Positions 61,352 through 64,000 of a DNA stretch of 64,000 bases are shown piece after piece (the first letter of the stretch is position 1; each line of letters opens with the position of its first letter). This DNA comes from Eukaryota sp. GEM-RC1 (Eukaryota). The notes beneath the pieces are model-generated. The model worked only from the letters and a program-made list of their open reading frames with translations. It did not search any database and was not told the DNA's origin. Where the stretch lies: positions 868,001 through 932,000 of the forward strand of contig JAUFOQ010000004.1 of the NCBI GenBank assembly GCA_040285855.1. Reading direction: 5' to 3'. The position numbers and the translations under genes are program-made.

Positions 61352-64000
61352 CTAAACTTCTAGCTTTCGCCACTCAGATGTGTCTTTGCTACACTCAGCT
61401 CCAAGTACATCAGACTTTCCACAAATACGAATGGAATCGTCTTCTAAAATAACAGCAGAATTACTCGTACTAGCAAAGATTTTCTTAACAGGAAGAGTAA
61501 AGCCAGCTTGTTTTGGTGTATTCCCCTTCATATTCTTTCTTCCCAATTCACAATGCCAGTTAGGTCCTCCAAAAACAAATACTTTCCCATTTTGATCTAA
61601 TACAACAGAATGCGATTGTCCAATTGCCACGTCCACAATATCTTTTAAAGCTTTAACATGAAAAGGTTCAACGGCAGTTTCATCACTGTCAACTCCCATA
61701 AGTGATTTAGTTCCGAGACCAAATACTTTCCCATCAGTGGTAACAACTAGTAAATGACTATTGCTACAAGCAACAGCAATCACGTCAGCAAAAGGAAGTT
61801 TGATTGGTTTGTTAACACTGTTGGGCAAATCAATTCCAAGAAAGCCAGGATTCTCTCCCCAACCATAAAGCTTACCATCTACAGTGATTGCAAAGAGTTC
61901 TGTTTTGTAGCAACAACTTTAGCTACTCTAGACGGAATTTCAACAGAAACAACAGTTTTTCTAACAGTATTAGATCCATCCCCAAGTTGTCCCTTCTCTC
62001 CTACACCAAACGAAAACACTTTCCCATCCTTGCGAAGTAACAACACGTGATTAGCACCGGCAGAAAGAGAATGGATATTATCCAAGTGATAGAGATCACC
62101 TCGGAGTTCTCGTACTGCAAACTCAGCGTCAAGAGTACCAAATATAAAGAGCTCACCTTCTTCAGTTAAGATTACTCCAGCTTCGTCACCGACTGAGATC
62201 ATTTTGATTGGAGTTTCACTGATTGGGAAACGGTCAGTGTCATATTGAATGCAGTTTTCGGATTTACGAATATTCACACGTTTTTCAAGGTTTTCAACTA
62301 CTACTGGTAATTTGCTTCCATCGTGTCTCAAAATGGAACCAAAACCAGCTGGTACAAAGTCTTTGCCCCACATTTTTAAAATTTGATTGTTGTAGTAAAA
62401 TCCCCAAGTTTTAGAAATTCCAAACTGATATTCAGGTTTCTCAACTTCAGGTAGAGTAAAGTGATCAAGAGGTGGAATAACAACTTGAGGCAGTTCGATC
62501 GGTGGCGAATTATTTAATAAATTGAAATTAATGGGTTTAAATTCAACTGAATTTCCAAAGGTTCCATTTCCTAGCTGACCTCTATTATTGACACCACAAC
62601 CAAAAACTTCTCCATTGGAAGTGACTGCTAAAGAAAACGCATCACCAGCAGCAACGTATTTAACGTCATTCAAAGAAACTTTAACAGGAAATACTCTAGA
62701 TTTGCAATCACCCAATCCCAGTTGACCCTGACTATTTGCACCCATCGAAAAGAGATTTCCCTGGAAGTCAACAAACAACACGTGACCACCACTACTTGCC
62801 ACGTGGACAATGTTATTTAGATAAGGAACAAAAGCTGGTGTTGTATGCTCATATGTCTTTCGCATATGATCATAAACTGATGACGTGTAGCAAACACTGC
62901 CATTTTTTAAAAGACAAAATAACTTTGATGTCGTGGCAGTGATGAATGCCACGTTATCAATGAACCTGGACTTAACCGGAACCTCACGAGCATCTTCTTT
63001 ATTACCATTTCCATATATTGCTCCATTACCACCCTTAAACCAAACACTGCCATCTTTCTTCAAGACAGCAACACAACCATCAGGACATGCAACTTGCTGA
63101 ACATCATCAAATCCATCAAAGTCAACAGCTTGCGGTAATTCTTCTTCTTTTGTAAAAACCCAGTTAAGTTTACCCCACATTTTAAGAGAACCATCCTTTT
63201 GAAGAACTACTGAATGGTACATACTACCACTAATTTGAGCAGTAGAAGAAAGGTTCTTTAGCTTAGCAGGTTCATATAAACAAAGAGTAACGTAGTCATC
63301 ATCATGACCTTCAGCCATGTTTCTAATGTAGTAGCCCCAACCATAAGCTTGGCCAGCTTCATCAATGGCATAGACAGTAAGAGGAGCAGCAGAGATGGAG
63401 GTTATGGGAGACTCAGTAGGAATTGGAACCTTCACTGGAACTCCTGAGCATAGGAATCCATCATCTCGAGGATGTCCTAACTGGCCACGTTCTCCATCAC
63501 CCCAAGCATAGACAGAACCATCAAGTTTAAGAGCAACGGTGGAGTAAAGAGTAACTGCAAGTTTACCATAGAAAGGATTGGATGTGATTTCAGAGAAAGA
63601 AATAGAGAATGAAGAATCATCAACAGGAAGAGAGAGGGGTTCGGAAGGAGGGGATGATGAGGGAACTCTGATGAATGAGGAGATTCTAGTGGGAGAAGGT
63701 AGATTTCGCTTATAAGAAGGCATGTCCGAGGTGTCAATGCCCAATAAAGACATATCCCCCCAACCAAACAGTTTTTGTTTGTCATCAAGCAGAAGGATGG
63801 TGGAATCCACAGGAATTATAGCAGTTGCAGGTATAGACAATGTTGACTTGAACTAGGAAGCATTCCAGCCGTATGAGGCAGTATCGTCGTCAAGAAGTAG
63901 TCTGTTGTTAACATTTTTCCTGTACCAAAGACAGTATCATCAACGCAGATGGCGAATCCATGTTGTTCAGACAGGGCGATATCTTTCACAGGGGGGTAGA
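61352..64000 (-). CDS. RCC1/BLIP-II repeat protein (5' end outside the window; frameshifts near 61880 and 63850)
   Basis: Repeated motifs VYAWGDGERGQLG, FSMGANSQGQLGLG, VAAGDAFSLAV and VAIGQSHSVVL. Confidence 0.88.

Noticed and set aside
1..64000. tRNA, rRNA or snRNA genes
   Set aside because: None recognised by eye. A covariance-model scan would be needed to exclude them.

Overview
AT-rich, gene-dense, almost intron-free eukaryotic (protist-like) DNA. The gene families and tiny introns suggest a metamonad-like lineage, but this is unverified. Recognisable housekeeping genes are BUB3, TRM112, an XRCC4-like gene, a DHHC palmitoyltransferase and SNW1/Prp45. They sit among expanded interaction-domain families: four near-identical BTB-coiled-coil-SPRY-like genes plus one relic, LRR genes, a double-BTB gene, an RCC1-repeat gene and a Crinkler-like NTPase-REase gene. 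Many transposon insertions can be delimited by TIRs and target-site duplications: a pogo/Tigger element splitting an LRR gene, nested and stacked hAT elements, MITEs, and several 5'-truncated REL-endonuclease (CRE-like) retrotransposon ends. Many ORFs are broken, mostly at homopolymers, which points to uncorrected long-read errors. Main leads: (1) a gene missed by the ORF track, with four 29-35 nt introns, encoding C2H2 fingers + PHD + SET and lying inside a TIR-bounded element; (2) the BTB-SPRY family, with hypervariable, mosaically shuffled loops and an out-of-frame start ATG shared by all four copies; (3) a probable truncated Fanzor1 remnant.
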